A program made the translations under genes and the position numbers. This document shows positions 49,328 to 59,495 of a stretch of DNA of 64,000 nucleotides, piece after piece. The notes beneath the pieces are model-generated. The model worked only from the letters and a program-made list of their open reading frames with translations. It searched no databases and was not told where the DNA came from. This DNA comes from Bacteroidia bacterium. Lineage in GTDB: Bacteria > Bacteroidota > Bacteroidia > NS11-12g > UBA9320. The stretch is taken from positions 83,094 through 147,093 of the forward strand of contig JAGDZU010000004.1 of NCBI GenBank assembly GCA_049115575.1, given 5' to 3'. Position 1 is the first letter of the stretch. Each line of letters begins with the position of its first letter.

Positions 49328-50929
49328 ATGCAACTCGCCAAAAAACTCAATGAATTCTATCCTATAGGCCTTATAGGACTATGCTTATTCCCTCTGCTTG
49401 TAGGTTGCATTATAAATATTGAGCTTGTCACATTTCGAGATGTAATAATTAACCTGATTTGGTTGCCTCTTTTCAGTATTCCTGCACTACTACTCAAGAA
49501 AAGCTGGCCGCTTAGATTAGCCTCTATTATATACTTATTGGTAGGAATAATTGAGATTACTCATTGGGTCATAGTAAAGGGCCCCATTACTGTCACAAGT
49601 ATACTAGTTCTTGGAAACACGAACTATCAAGAGGCTTCTGAATTTATGTCTTTGAAAGGAACTCCATGGCTGCTTTTGCTAATTCCTTTTGTTGTCCTAT
49701 TTGTGATGGCTTGGAGATCTACTCCTCAACTGTTAACCTATAAAAGGAAAAAAGTAGTACTGGCATTGGTTAGTTCATTGTCTATTCTTTTCATAGCCGA
49801 AAATGCATTCAATAACAGATTAGGACGAAAAGGTTCTCCTCAAATCATTAAAGTAGCAACAGCTTTTAACGAACAGATGGATTTCTACAGAGAAGCTAAT
49901 GTTAAACAAGAAGTTAAGCAAGTAACTGCCACTTCAGAAGTGCCTGAGCAGACTTTAGTTCTTGTGATAGGAGAATCACATAGTAAAAATCACATGTCTC
50001 TTTATGGATATGAAAAAAGAACGACACCACTCTTAGAAAAACGTAATGACATTTATGCTTATACAGATGTAATCGCATCATTCTCAAATACCATTAATGC
50101 CATATTGGCCATGTTGTCTGAAGTGAACGTAGAAAACGATATCAGCATGAAAAGGGCGGTAGACATTATAGATGTCTTTGCATCTGCAGGATTTGAGACC
50201 TATTGGATATCTAATCAGTCCCCTTTGGGAATTTGGGAAAATCGCATTACAGCGTTTGCCAAGAAATCTCATCATTTAAGTTTTGTTAATCTAACAAGCA
50301 ATTCATCTATGGAAACCAATTTTACGGCCTCATATGATGATCGCATTTTTGAGCCCTTTCAAAATATATTGAAGTCAGAACATAAAAAAAAGTTGATTGT
50401 ACTTCATTTGATGGGAAGCCATTCAGCATATGCTAAAAGATATCCTCCAAGTTTTGATGTTTTCAAAGGTGAGGGAGAGCGCAATCGTGTACTAGCGGAA
50501 TACCACAATTCCGTTCTTTATAATGATTTTATTCTGGATAGTATTTTCAATGAACTCCAGACTTACAGCTCCAGAAAACCCAAACAGATAGTATCATGTG
50601 TTTATCTATCTGACCATGGTGAAAATGTCTATGACGAAGGTGATATCGCAGGGCACGATTATGCTAAATGGGTGCCAAAATCAAATATGGAAATTCCATT
50701 ATTGTTCTGGATTTCAGAGTCTTATGCCAGCCTCTGGCCAAAGAAGGCATTGCAAATCCGGTCAAATAGGACAAAGGCATTCATGACCGACGACCTGTTT
50801 CACACATTAATGGATTTGACTCATATAGAATCGCCATACTTAGACATACAGCGCAGCGTAATTAGCGTTAAATACGACGAAAGTCGAAAACGCATGCTAG
50901 AAGACGAGCAAGACTACGATTTGAAGTAA
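49328..50929 (+). CDS. Phosphoethanolamine transferase (EptA/CptA-like)
   Basis: N-terminal TMs, TN.QEA.EF, VIGES, LYGY.R.TTP, catalytic Thr region SNT, HLMGSH and SDHGE. Confidence 0.85.
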   Translation: MQLAKKLNEFYPIGLIGLCLFPLLVGCIINIELVTFRDVIINLIWLPLFSIPALLLKKSWPLRLASIIYLLVGIIEITHWVIVKGPITVTSILVLGNTNYQEASEFMSLKGTPWLLLLIPFVVLFVMAWRSTPQLLTYKRKKVVLALVSSLSILFIAENAFNNRLGRKGSPQIIKVATAFNEQMDFYREANVKQEVKQVTATSEVPEQTLVLVIGESHSKNHMSLYGYEKRTTPLLEKRNDIYAYTDVIASFSNTINAILAMLSEVNVENDISMKRAVDIIDVFASAGFETYWISNQSPLGIWENRITAFAKKSHHLSFVNLTSNSSMETNFTASYDDRIFEPFQNILKSEHKKKLIVLHLMGSHSAYAKRYPPSFDVFKGEGERNRVLAEYHNSVLYNDFILDSIFNELQTYSSRKPKQIVSCVYLSDHGENVYDEGDIAGHDYAKWVPKSNMEIPLLFWISESYASLWPKKALQIRSNRTKAFMTDDLFHTLMDLTHIESPYLDIQRSVISVKYDESRKRMLEDEQDYDLK

Positions 50930-50941
50930 TTCATGAATATC

Positions 50942-52579
50942 TTAGTACTTAATGATTTTAGCTCTAAGCAGTTTGCCTGTTTCTACTTCTAAAAACTCAA
51001 GTATATATACTCCAGAAGGATAAGCCGTAAGGTCAATCTTATTAGAACCTTTAATCAAGTTGATTTTCTGAATCAAATCCGCTCTTGAATTGTAAATAGT
51101 GCATTCCGCATTGGCCACAGCCTCTACTGAAAGTGTATTCAATACGGGATTTGGATAGACTTGAGTCGTTAACAAATCACGAGATTCCACTCCCACCAAG
51201 AAGTTCAGATAAATTATTAATTGATCTGTTAGTATGCAACCGTTGGTATCTGTTACCGTTACTTCTACAGTCGTAGTATCCATATTCAACACTATAGATG
51301 AGGTAGTATCTCCAGTACTCCAGACATAAGTCATGTATGTAGTATCTATCATGAATATTGGAGTTTGAGTTCTATTGTAGCTCACAGTGGTATCTATATT
51401 TGCAAACAACTCGGTGGTATCTGTAAAGGCACATTTACTCTCCAACCACAAATCATCCAAATAGAGTGCGGTTCCTTCAGCGGCCTGTTCTGGATTATCG
51501 AAAAGCTTCCGACTACTCATAGCAACAATGTTTAGCTGGTTTACTTTATGAACGGCTGTATCATAACTTATGGGAATATTAAACTTGGTGTATGAGTTGG
51601 TTGCGAGTAAATTTAGTATTCCAAAGAAAACATCGTGTGAAGTATCTTGACTTGCGTCATACACAGATCCAATGATTGCAACCACGCCTGTATCCATTCC
51701 AACTGGTTCATACTTGTAGTAACCACTAAAGTCTGTTGGAATTGCATTGTACTCAAAACCGCCTTTAAAACCTCCAGGACCAGGAGGATCTCCGTTGTAT
51801 AGCCATCCCACCTTTGAGCGGTTTTCAATATCAACTGTTACTATTTTAATTGCATATATCCCCGAGCGAGCATCCATTGTTTGTTGAACACTGAATGTAT
51901 CATTATCTGCCAAAGACATGAAGTTAACAGAGTTCCATCCTATAGGTTCTTTAGTGACCACAGAATCCCAACTTTCAAAACTATAATTCTGTAAAGCTGC
52001 AGGAGTTGGTCCAGCTGAATTCACAAAAGCAACATCATCAATCAAAATCCAAGTGTTGGGATCAAACACGTTATCATCAAATGGGTCAGTACTAACAACT
52101 CCAAAAAACACCTCGTTTTGTGAATGAGTAGGAACAGGGAAAGAAAATCTTGTCCATGTATTTACAATACCACTAATTGGCGACATCACCATGGTGGTGT
52201 CTGTTGGTGAATACTTAAAGGTCATTACAAGGGCTGTATCGCCTGCGGGAATATTGCATTTATACCAGCCTGTAACCGAATCAAAATCAGAAGTATAAGG
52301 CGCTCCTCCATCAGGGCCATTTTCTCCAACTGTTCCCATTAAGAAATATCCAAAAGTTGAATCTGCATTATTTCTGAGCTCAATTGCGTGGTTTCCGCTA
52401 TGAGCATCCCCTGATTTATTTACATTCATACTTCCATCTTGAAAATTACTGGTGAGCCAGTACTGCGTGTTTTCAAAATGAAATTTATCAGCCCAATTTT
52501 CAAATCCTCGATTTGGAACATTTTGTGCATTGAGATTTGCAAATAAAAAAAGGCATAGGAGTAGGTAAAGGTTTTTCAT
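50942..52579 (-). CDS. Secreted T9SS cargo with two tandem PCMD/carbohydrate-binding-like domains
   Basis: Repeated N.GFE.W / NYSFESW...DA.SG..AI...GWYK/GYYK...IDD/LDD modules; CTD VYPNPV...GVYIL...KIIK. Confidence 0.65.
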   Translation of the reverse strand: MKNLYLLLCLFLFANLNAQNVPNRGFENWADKFHFENTQYWLTSNFQDGSMNVNKSGDAHSGNHAIELRNNADSTFGYFLMGTVGENGPDGGAPYTSDFDSVTGWYKCNIPAGDTALVMTFKYSPTDTTMVMSPISGIVNTWTRFSFPVPTHSQNEVFFGVVSTDPFDDNVFDPNTWILIDDVAFVNSAGPTPAALQNYSFESWDSVVTKEPIGWNSVNFMSLADNDTFSVQQTMDARSGIYAIKIVTVDIENRSKVGWLYNGDPPGPGGFKGGFEYNAIPTDFSGYYKYEPVGMDTGVVAIIGSVYDASQDTSHDVFFGILNLLATNSYTKFNIPISYDTAVHKVNQLNIVAMSSRKLFDNPEQAAEGTALYLDDLWLESKCAFTDTTELFANIDTTVSYNRTQTPIFMIDTTYMTYVWSTGDTTSSIVLNMDTTTVEVTVTDTNGCILTDQLIIYLNFLVGVESRDLLTTQVYPNPVLNTLSVEAVANAECTIYNSRADLIQKINLIKGSNKIDLTAYPSGVYILEFLEVETGKLLRAKIIKY

Positions 52580-52722
52580 AGGTCCCGTATTTATTAACTA
52601 CAAAGTTCCTTATAGATTAGCCTATTAAAAACTATTTACAACTGAGTTTGGTCAATGCACGAGGTGATATTAGCCAGCAATCTTGATGTTAGCCAGCTAG
52701 TACAATTCAGCCATTTGCTACT

Positions 52723-54012
52723 TTAGGTTATTTCCCAATGCTCTTTGAGATCTACTGGGATTCTAAACATGGCATCTTTGCCAGGTCTATAATGCTTGGA
52801 GAGCTGTGCAATCACTGTTTTTCCAACTTTAGACATTAACTCTTGCAACACAAAATCTTCTCCTTTTTCTTTTAATCTCCCCAATAATCCTCCTAATAAA
52901 CTAGTATGCTTTTTTAAACTTTCATCTTGAGTTCTTTCACTATGTGCTTGAAGACGTTTGTGATACTCATGTAAGTGATTTACGTGGTCCGCGTTTAAAC
53001 GCGAATTGTACTCCTGTCTAGCATTTTCACCTGCAGGCATTTCAAACATATCAGGATGATCTTTTCCATAAGTAGGTTCCAACATTTTATAGAAACAATC
53101 TGGATAGTCATCATCTTTGAGCATCTTCTTCATCATATGTAAGATTTGCCTTTCACTCATTAAAAACTTCTTCATGGTTTCTACAAGAGCTTTGCACAAC
53201 AAAATTCCTGAATGACTCTCATCTCTGAACAGATGGTTGTAAACCGCATGCTGTAAAGACCAAGCCTCATCCATATTAGAACAGATCAGTTCATCCTTCA
53301 CCCCCATTATTTTACCTATTCTCTTCCAAGTGTGAAACCACGCTTCTTGATCACTTCTAGATAGCTCGTGGCCAAGAACTGGAAGACCTTTGATTATTTC
53401 AAGTGAAAATGTCTGATTTGTAGCAACAAGGTCTTCTTGACTTATCGGCTTGCCCCATGTATGGTCCCATGGATTGTCTTTATCCTCTAAGATTAAATGT
53501 CTCATTGCGGCATGCATTAGTCGCACTTTCAAGGCAATTAATATTCCTTGTTTATCGGGTTCCCACCAATGACCATCCATTACATCAAAAATGAATTGTG
53601 CCGTTTCTATAATTCTTCTTTCGGGTTGGCTAATAAGGAGTTTGGTTATGCGCAAGACATTCGCCGGCTTCTCGGCCATATAAGTATATGGGAGAGATCT
53701 AAAAAATAGTATCAGACAGAAATCGGGTCCATACTTTTTCCATACCTCGCTGGCTTGTTTAAACATTCTGATGTCTTCATCGGAAAATTCAAAAGCCAAC
53801 TCGCTTGTTACAAAGGATCTCATGACCTCGGGCAGGACTGCAGGAACAGCTGAGTCGTTCTTTGCCATCCCTTCGAGGAGAGACCTTAGATTACTCATAG
53901 AACTTGAATTATAAAGAGATAAAACAGCGCTGTCAGCTGGATCATCCATCTGCTCGCGCAGTTCATTTAAGTTAATGCCTTTCCAACTGAATTGCTCTTT
54001 TCTTGCTTTCAT
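52723..54012 (-). CDS. DUF2236/MpaB-Lcp family heme oxygenase-like protein
   Basis: DDPAD, SLPYTY, RRIIETAQF, KVRLMHAAMRH, WGKPISQEDL..T and W..IG..MG. Confidence 0.82.
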   Translation of the reverse strand: MKARKEQFSWKGINLNELREQMDDPADSAVLSLYNSSSMSNLRSLLEGMAKNDSAVPAVLPEVMRSFVTSELAFEFSDEDIRMFKQASEVWKKYGPDFCLILFFRSLPYTYMAEKPANVLRITKLLISQPERRIIETAQFIFDVMDGHWWEPDKQGILIALKVRLMHAAMRHLILEDKDNPWDHTWGKPISQEDLVATNQTFSLEIIKGLPVLGHELSRSDQEAWFHTWKRIGKIMGVKDELICSNMDEAWSLQHAVYNHLFRDESHSGILLCKALVETMKKFLMSERQILHMMKKMLKDDDYPDCFYKMLEPTYGKDHPDMFEMPAGENARQEYNSRLNADHVNHLHEYHKRLQAHSERTQDESLKKHTSLLGGLLGRLKEKGEDFVLQELMSKVGKTVIAQLSKHYRPGKDAMFRIPVDLKEHWEIT

Positions 54013-54076
54013 TTAGTACACTTTAATTGTGGACTAAACTACGCATAAAAAAAGCCGGAAAAAGAAATAGATGGAT

Positions 54077-54907
54077 TTAGCTCAAGGTTCCAGACTTGAT
54101 GTGTAAATCTCTTTGAGGGAATGGTATTTCAATGTTTGCTTTATCTAGAGCCACTTTGGTAGCCTCATAGCAATCAAAATATACGTCCCAATAGTCCTCA
54201 GACTTACAAGTTGGTCTTACTGCAAGGTTCACAGAATTATCGCCTAACTCCAAAACACCAACAAACGGTGCAGGATCTTTTAATACTTTAGGGTTGGCAT
54301 GTAATGCTTCTAAGATTACTTCCTTTGCTTTGGGAATATCTTCTGAATAGCCAATTCCAGTAACCAAATCAACTCTCATTGTTGGCTCCTTAGAATAATT
54401 CACAAGTTTATCATTGGCAACTACTCCATTAGGTAAAATAGCAGTATTACCTTTAGGAGTGGTTAAGATAGTATTGAAAATGGTTATTGTTTTCACATTT
54501 CCCAATTCACCTTGAGTTTGAATAAGATCTCCCACCTTAAAAGGTTTAAAAATTAAGATAAGTACACCTCCAGCAAAATTAGCTAGGCTGCCTTGCAAGG
54601 CGAGTCCAACTGCTAAACCGGCAGCACCTAATATGGCAACAAAACTCGTGGTTGCAATTCCAACCATACTTGCCACTGAAATAAGCAACAGCGCTTTCAG
54701 GGAAAAATTGATTAGACTGCTTAAAAATGGAATCAAGGATTCATCCATTTCTCTTTTTATCATTGTGCGCTTAACTAATCTTGTAATACGAGCAATAAGC
54801 CAGAATCCAATTATTAAGGTGAGAATAGCTGTTACAAAACCAGGGCCATTTTCCTTTAAGAATTCAACTGCAAATTCTTTCCATTCAACCATCTTATCTT
54901 TATCCAT
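54077..54907 (-). CDS. mscS: Small-conductance mechanosensitive channel
   Basis: GAAGLAVGLALQGSLANFAGG, PFKVGD, IPFPQ. The likely start is ATG 54907. Confidence 0.95.
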   Translation of the reverse strand: MDKDKMVEWKEFAVEFLKENGPGFVTAILTLIIGFWLIARITRLVKRTMIKREMDESLIPFLSSLINFSLKALLLISVASMVGIATTSFVAILGAAGLAVGLALQGSLANFAGGVLILIFKPFKVGDLIQTQGELGNVKTITIFNTILTTPKGNTAILPNGVVANDKLVNYSKEPTMRVDLVTGIGYSEDIPKAKEVILEALHANPKVLKDPAPFVGVLELGDNSVNLAVRPTCKSEDYWDVYFDCYEATKVALDKANIEIPFPQRDLHIKSGTLS

Positions 54908-55000
54908 AGTGCGAATGTATTTGCATATTCCATAATATTCAAAGGATTCGCAATTCAACGTTCGAACTATTCTACATTTGTAATACTTTCGCCCTTTCAA

Positions 55001-57346
55001 ATGAAGATTTCTTACAGCTGGTTAAAAACACTCATTAATACGGACTTAAGCATTGAAGACTTATGTGATAGATTAACTATGAGTGGGCTCGAAGTAGAGC
55101 ATGTGGAACGAATAGAATCTATCAAAGGTGGATTAGAGGGTTTGGTTATTGGTGAGGTATTAGACAAACAGAAACATCCCAATGCAGACAAACTCAGCTT
55201 AACCAAAGTAGACATTGGAAATGGCGAAGCTCTATCTATCGTATGCGGTGCACCAAATGTAGAAACTGGCCAGAAAGTGGTGGTAGCACCTGTTGGTTGT
55301 ACCATATATCCCAGTGATGGCGAACCATTCACCATTAAGAAAACTAAAATTCGAGGAGAGGAATCGCAAGGCATGTTGTGTGCTGAAGACGAAATCGGAT
55401 TAGGCTCTGGGCACGAAGGCATTCTAGTCTTGGATCCTAGTAGTTCAAAGGGTAAAGCAGTGAAAGATCTTTATGATATTGAGACTGACCATCAGATTGA
55501 AATTGCTATAATTCCCAACCGTGGCGATGCGGTATCCCATCTTGGGGTAGCTAGAGAAATTCAGGCTTTAACTGGCCAGAGGTATAAAAGACCTGGAACT
55601 ACTTCTTTTGATGCCCGTGGCCCTATGAGAGTGGACATAGACATCTCCAACAACGATGCATGTCCAAGATATGCGGGTATTAGCATAAGCTCAGTGAAAG
55701 TGGCTCCCTCTCCAGACTGGCTACAGAATAGACTTAAGGGTATAGGCTTAAATCCAATTAACAATGTAGTGGATATAACGAACTACATACAACACGAAAT
55801 TGGACAACCTATCCACGCTTTTGATTTGGACAAGATTGAAGGTCAGCAAATACACGTTCGCAACGCGAATGAGGATGAAAGTTTTATCACCTTAGATGGC
55901 GAAGAGAGAAAATTGAAAGAGTTCAATCTGGTTATTGCAGATGCTCAAAAACCTATGGCCTTAGCAGGAGTTTTAGGTGGGCTTGATTCTGGTGTCACAG
56001 ACATTACTCAAAACATATTCATAGAAAGTGCTTATTTCAACCCTAGTTCTATTAGAAAAACCGCGAAGCATTTCGGAATTAATTCTGACGCATCCTACAG
56101 ATATGAGCGGGGTACTGACCCTAACATTATAGAATATGCTCTGAGAAGAGTAGTTAATCTAGTACAAGAGATTTGCGGTGGAGATGTCGCATCTGAGATT
56201 GTTGATATATATCCCAATCCAATTCCAGACAAAGAAATTGCCATAAAGCTCCAAGACCTCAATAGCTTCACTGGACATACCATAGAAAAAGAAGAGGTGA
56301 TTGACATTCTACAAAACCTCGAAATAAAAATAGCGGCAAACAATGGAGAAAACCTCATGCTACATGTTCCACCTTATAGGCCTGATGTTGACCGACCAGT
56401 GGACATATATGAGGAAATTCTAAGGATTTACGGTTTTGATAATATTCCAATTCCAAGTAAGGTAAACTACATCCCTTCGGTGATAGAAAAAACAGCTCCC
56501 AATAAGCTACAATCAAAAATTGCCAACTATTTAGCCGACCTCGGTTTTTATGAAATAATTAATAATTCTCTGCACCCAAGTGCCAACTATTCAGAAGAAG
56601 AATTAAAAACAAGCATTAAGATGCTTAACCCACTTAGCCAGGAAATGGATATTCTTAGAATGGATATGATGCATTCTGCCTTGTCTTCCATCAGTTATAA
56701 TTTGAATAGAAAAAACGCTGACCTCAAATTTTTTGAATTCGGGAAGGTGTACCAAAAGATTGATGACAAGTACATAGAGCAAGACGTTCTTCAAATTAGC
56801 GCAACAGGCAAATTGGACAAAGAACATTGGTCTACCAGTGACGCTAAAATTGAACTTCAACACTTAAGAGGGGTAGCACAGAACATATTGACGAAATTGA
56901 ATATTGGACCTAAGCAATTCAAGAAGATCATTAAAATACGAACGGTAGATGGCAAGCTAAAAAAGAGATATGGGCTCAAACAAGAGGTGCATGTCTTGGA
57001 TTTGGATTGGACCAAATGTCTACATCTCAATAATCCTGAGTTTAAATTAACAGATATTCCAAAATTCCCAGTAGTTAGAAGAGATCTTTCATTGATTCTA
57101 GACCATAGTGTTGCATTTACAGACATTAAACAAATTGCAGATCAATCTAGTAAAGGCATGTTGCGTTCATTGAATGTTTTTGATGTTTATAAAGGCAAAC
57201 CCCTTGAAGAAAATCAAAAATCAATTTCTCTCGCCTTCTATTTATACAATGAACAAAAGACTATGGAAGACAAAGAGATTGATCATATCATGGAAAAAAT
57301 GATCAATAACTACGAACAAAAACTCAATGCTGTAATTAGAAAATAA
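55001..57346 (+). CDS. pheT: Phenylalanine--tRNA ligase beta subunit
   Basis: HPNADKL, CGAPNV, PNRGD, INNVVDITNY, SYRYERG, RRDLS. Confidence 0.98.
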   Translation: MKISYSWLKTLINTDLSIEDLCDRLTMSGLEVEHVERIESIKGGLEGLVIGEVLDKQKHPNADKLSLTKVDIGNGEALSIVCGAPNVETGQKVVVAPVGCTIYPSDGEPFTIKKTKIRGEESQGMLCAEDEIGLGSGHEGILVLDPSSSKGKAVKDLYDIETDHQIEIAIIPNRGDAVSHLGVAREIQALTGQRYKRPGTTSFDARGPMRVDIDISNNDACPRYAGISISSVKVAPSPDWLQNRLKGIGLNPINNVVDITNYIQHEIGQPIHAFDLDKIEGQQIHVRNANEDESFITLDGEERKLKEFNLVIADAQKPMALAGVLGGLDSGVTDITQNIFIESAYFNPSSIRKTAKHFGINSDASYRYERGTDPNIIEYALRRVVNLVQEICGGDVASEIVDIYPNPIPDKEIAIKLQDLNSFTGHTIEKEEVIDILQNLEIKIAANNGENLMLHVPPYRPDVDRPVDIYEEILRIYGFDNIPIPSKVNYIPSVIEKTAPNKLQSKIANYLADLGFYEIINNSLHPSANYSEEELKTSIKMLNPLSQEMDILRMDMMHSALSSISYNLNRKNADLKFFEFGKVYQKIDDKYIEQDVLQISATGKLDKEHWSTSDAKIELQHLRGVAQNILTKLNIGPKQFKKIIKIRTVDGKLKKRYGLKQEVHVLDLDWTKCLHLNNPEFKLTDIPKFPVVRRDLSLILDHSVAFTDIKQIADQSSKGMLRSLNVFDVYKGKPLEENQKSISLAFYLYNEQKTMEDKEIDHIMEKMINNYEQKLNAVIRK

Positions 57347-57630
57347 TGTCTCTAATTGATCGCCTCAACCATATCGAGAACAAGCTCAAATCACTACAAA
57401 ATGAACGCAATCAGCTTCAACATGATAACCTTGAGTTAGAGAAGCGAATAGGAGAATTGGAAGCCAAACTTGAAAACTCAAATGCGGCAATTTTAAATTT
57501 AGAAGAACAGAATAAAATAATTAAACTTGCAGGAGGGCTATCTTCCAATCAAGACAATGAGGCTGTAAGACAGCAAATAGACGACTTGATTAAAGAAGTA
57601 GACCACTGTATAAAATTAGTAAAAAGATAA
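57346..57630 (+). CDS. ZapB-like coiled-coil protein
   Basis: Heptad coiled coil ending EVDHCI; lies in the pheT-zapA-rny context. Confidence 0.7.
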   Translation: MSLIDRLNHIENKLKSLQNERNQLQHDNLELEKRIGELEAKLENSNAAILNLEEQNKIIKLAGGLSSNQDNEAVRQQIDDLIKEVDHCIKLVKR

Positions 57631-57643
57631 GTTGAACAGACGG

Positions 57644-57919
57644 ATGTCTGAGGAGGAAATATCCATAAAGATTAACATCTGCGATCGCTTTTATCCCCTG
57701 AGGATCAATGCATCAGAGGAAGAGAATGTGAGGCGCGCAGCGAAAATAATAAACGAGAGAGCCAAGTACTACATTGAAAATTTTTCAGTGCAAGACAAGC
57801 AAGATGCTCTTTCAATGGTCGCTTTAGAATTTGCATCTGAAATGGACGCAAAAACCAAGAGCGAAGATCTAGGTGATGTAGAACAACGGCTCGACGACAT
57901 AGAGCGATTGTTAGATTAA
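57644..57919 (+). CDS. zapA: Cell division protein ZapA
   Basis: IKINICDRFYPL...EEE.VR.AAK.IN, DKQDALSMVAL. Confidence 0.9.
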   Translation: MSEEEISIKINICDRFYPLRINASEEENVRRAAKIINERAKYYIENFSVQDKQDALSMVALEFASEMDAKTKSEDLGDVEQRLDDIERLLD

Positions 57920-57958
57920 TCAAGAGTATTTCTCACATCCGCATAAAGAAAAAACCAA

Positions 57959-59494
57959 ATGGTAGAAATAATCATTGCGGCAATAGTAGGCCTAGCTGTA
58001 GGAGCCATCGTAATATGGGTTATTACAGACAAAAAGAATAAGTCCAAGTCAAACGAAATACTAAATGAAGCAAAGGCTAAGGCCAATGCTTATAAGAAAG
58101 AAAGAGAACTTGAGGCAAAAGAAAAATTCCTTCAATTGAAGAATGAACATCAGAAAGATATTCGCCAGAAGGAAAAAGAATTAGATAATCGCTTTTCTGA
58201 AGTTAAAAGAAAAGAACAGAGCATGGATGACAAAAACCGCAGTCTGCAAAAAAGACAAAAGGAGGTTGATTCCATTAAGCAAAGTCTAGAGCAGCAGCTT
58301 GAGATTGTTAAAGTTAAAAAAGAGGATCTTGATTCCCATATTAAAGACCAGATTAAGAAGCTAGAACAAATCTCTGGGCTTTCACCAGAAGATGCCAAAA
58401 CGCAAATGATCGAAGCAGTGGCACAAGAAGCAAGAACAGATGCTTTAGCGCAGCAGAAATTAATTGTTGAAGAAGCCAAGCTTGCTGCTAATAAGGAAGC
58501 AAAAAGAATGATACTTCAGACCATTCAAAGAACTGCTGCCGAACAAGCTATAGAGAATTCAGTAACTGTTTTCAACATAGATAATGATGAAATCAAAGGA
58601 AGAATTATTGGTAGAGAGGGCAGAAATATTAGAGCGTTAGAAGGTGCAACAGGAATTGAAATTATTGTTGATGATACACCAGAAGCCATTATTCTTTCTG
58701 GCTTTGATCCGGTGAGGAGAGAAATTGCGAGATTATCACTGCACAGATTGGTAAGTGATGGCAGAATTCACCCTGCGCGAATTGAAGAGGTTGTTGCCAA
58801 AACTCGTAAAGATGTTGAACAAGAAATTGTTGAATATGGTGAGCGCACAGTTATTGATTTAGGAATCAATGGACTTCATCCGGAGCTAATTAGAATGGTT
58901 GGTAGAATGCGTTTTAGAAGTAGCTACGGACAAAACTTATTAAAACACTCTAGAGAAGTGGCCAACTTATGTGCAACTATGGCCGCAGAATTTGGTCTTG
59001 ATGCCAAAAAAGCCAAACGAGCAGGTCTTTTGCATGATATTGGTAAAGTTCCTGAAAACGAAAGTGAAACACCTCACGCACTACTGGGAATGAAAATGGC
59101 TGAGAAGTATGGTGAACATCCTGATGTTTGCAATGCAATTGGAGCTCACCACGACGAGATTGAAATGACTCACTTGATTTCTCCTATAGTACAAGCTTGT
59201 GACGCTATAAGTGGTTCAAGACCTGGTGCCAGAAGAGAAGATTCAGAAAGTTATCTCAAGCGTTTGCAAGACCTCGAAAAGCTAGCTCTTGGATTTGAGG
59301 GAGTTCAGAAGTCTTTTGCAATCCAAGCGGGTAGAGAGTTAAGGGTGATAGTTGATAGTGATGAACTGGATGATAAAAAAGCGGATCTTCTGTCTTTTGA
59401 CATCTCTCAGAAAATCATGAAAGAAATGATCTATCCTGGTCAAATCAAAGTAACCGTAATTAGGGAACGAAGAGCTGTAGCTTACGCCAAATAA
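57959..59494 (+). CDS. rny: Ribonuclease Y
   Basis: TM helix and coiled coil, [16 protein letters not shown] domain [17 protein letters not shown]. Confidence 0.98.
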   Translation: MVEIIIAAIVGLAVGAIVIWVITDKKNKSKSNEILNEAKAKANAYKKERELEAKEKFLQLKNEHQKDIRQKEKELDNRFSEVKRKEQSMDDKNRSLQKRQKEVDSIKQSLEQQLEIVKVKKEDLDSHIKDQIKKLEQISGLSPEDAKTQMIEAVAQEARTDALAQQKLIVEEAKLAANKEAKRMILQTIQRTAAEQAIENSVTVFNIDNDEIKGRIIGREGRNIRALEGATGIEIIVDDTPEAIILSGFDPVRREIARLSLHRLVSDGRIHPARIEEVVAKTRKDVEQEIVEYGERTVIDLGINGLHPELIRMVGRMRFRSSYGQNLLKHSREVANLCATMAAEFGLDAKKAKRAGLLHDIGKVPENESETPHALLGMKMAEKYGEHPDVCNAIGAHHDEIEMTHLISPIVQACDAISGSRPGARREDSESYLKRLQDLEKLALGFEGVQKSFAIQAGRELRVIVDSDELDDKKADLLSFDISQKIMKEMIYPGQIKVTVIRERRAVAYAK

Positions 59495-59495
59495 A

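Noticed and set aside
54908-55000. N-terminal extension of mscS up to 55000
   Set aside because: It would fill the divergent promoter region shared with pheT, and a promoter-like box precedes ATG 54907.
57920-57958. 6S RNA, often found downstream of zapA
   Set aside because: The zapA-rny gap is only 39 nt, too short to hold it.
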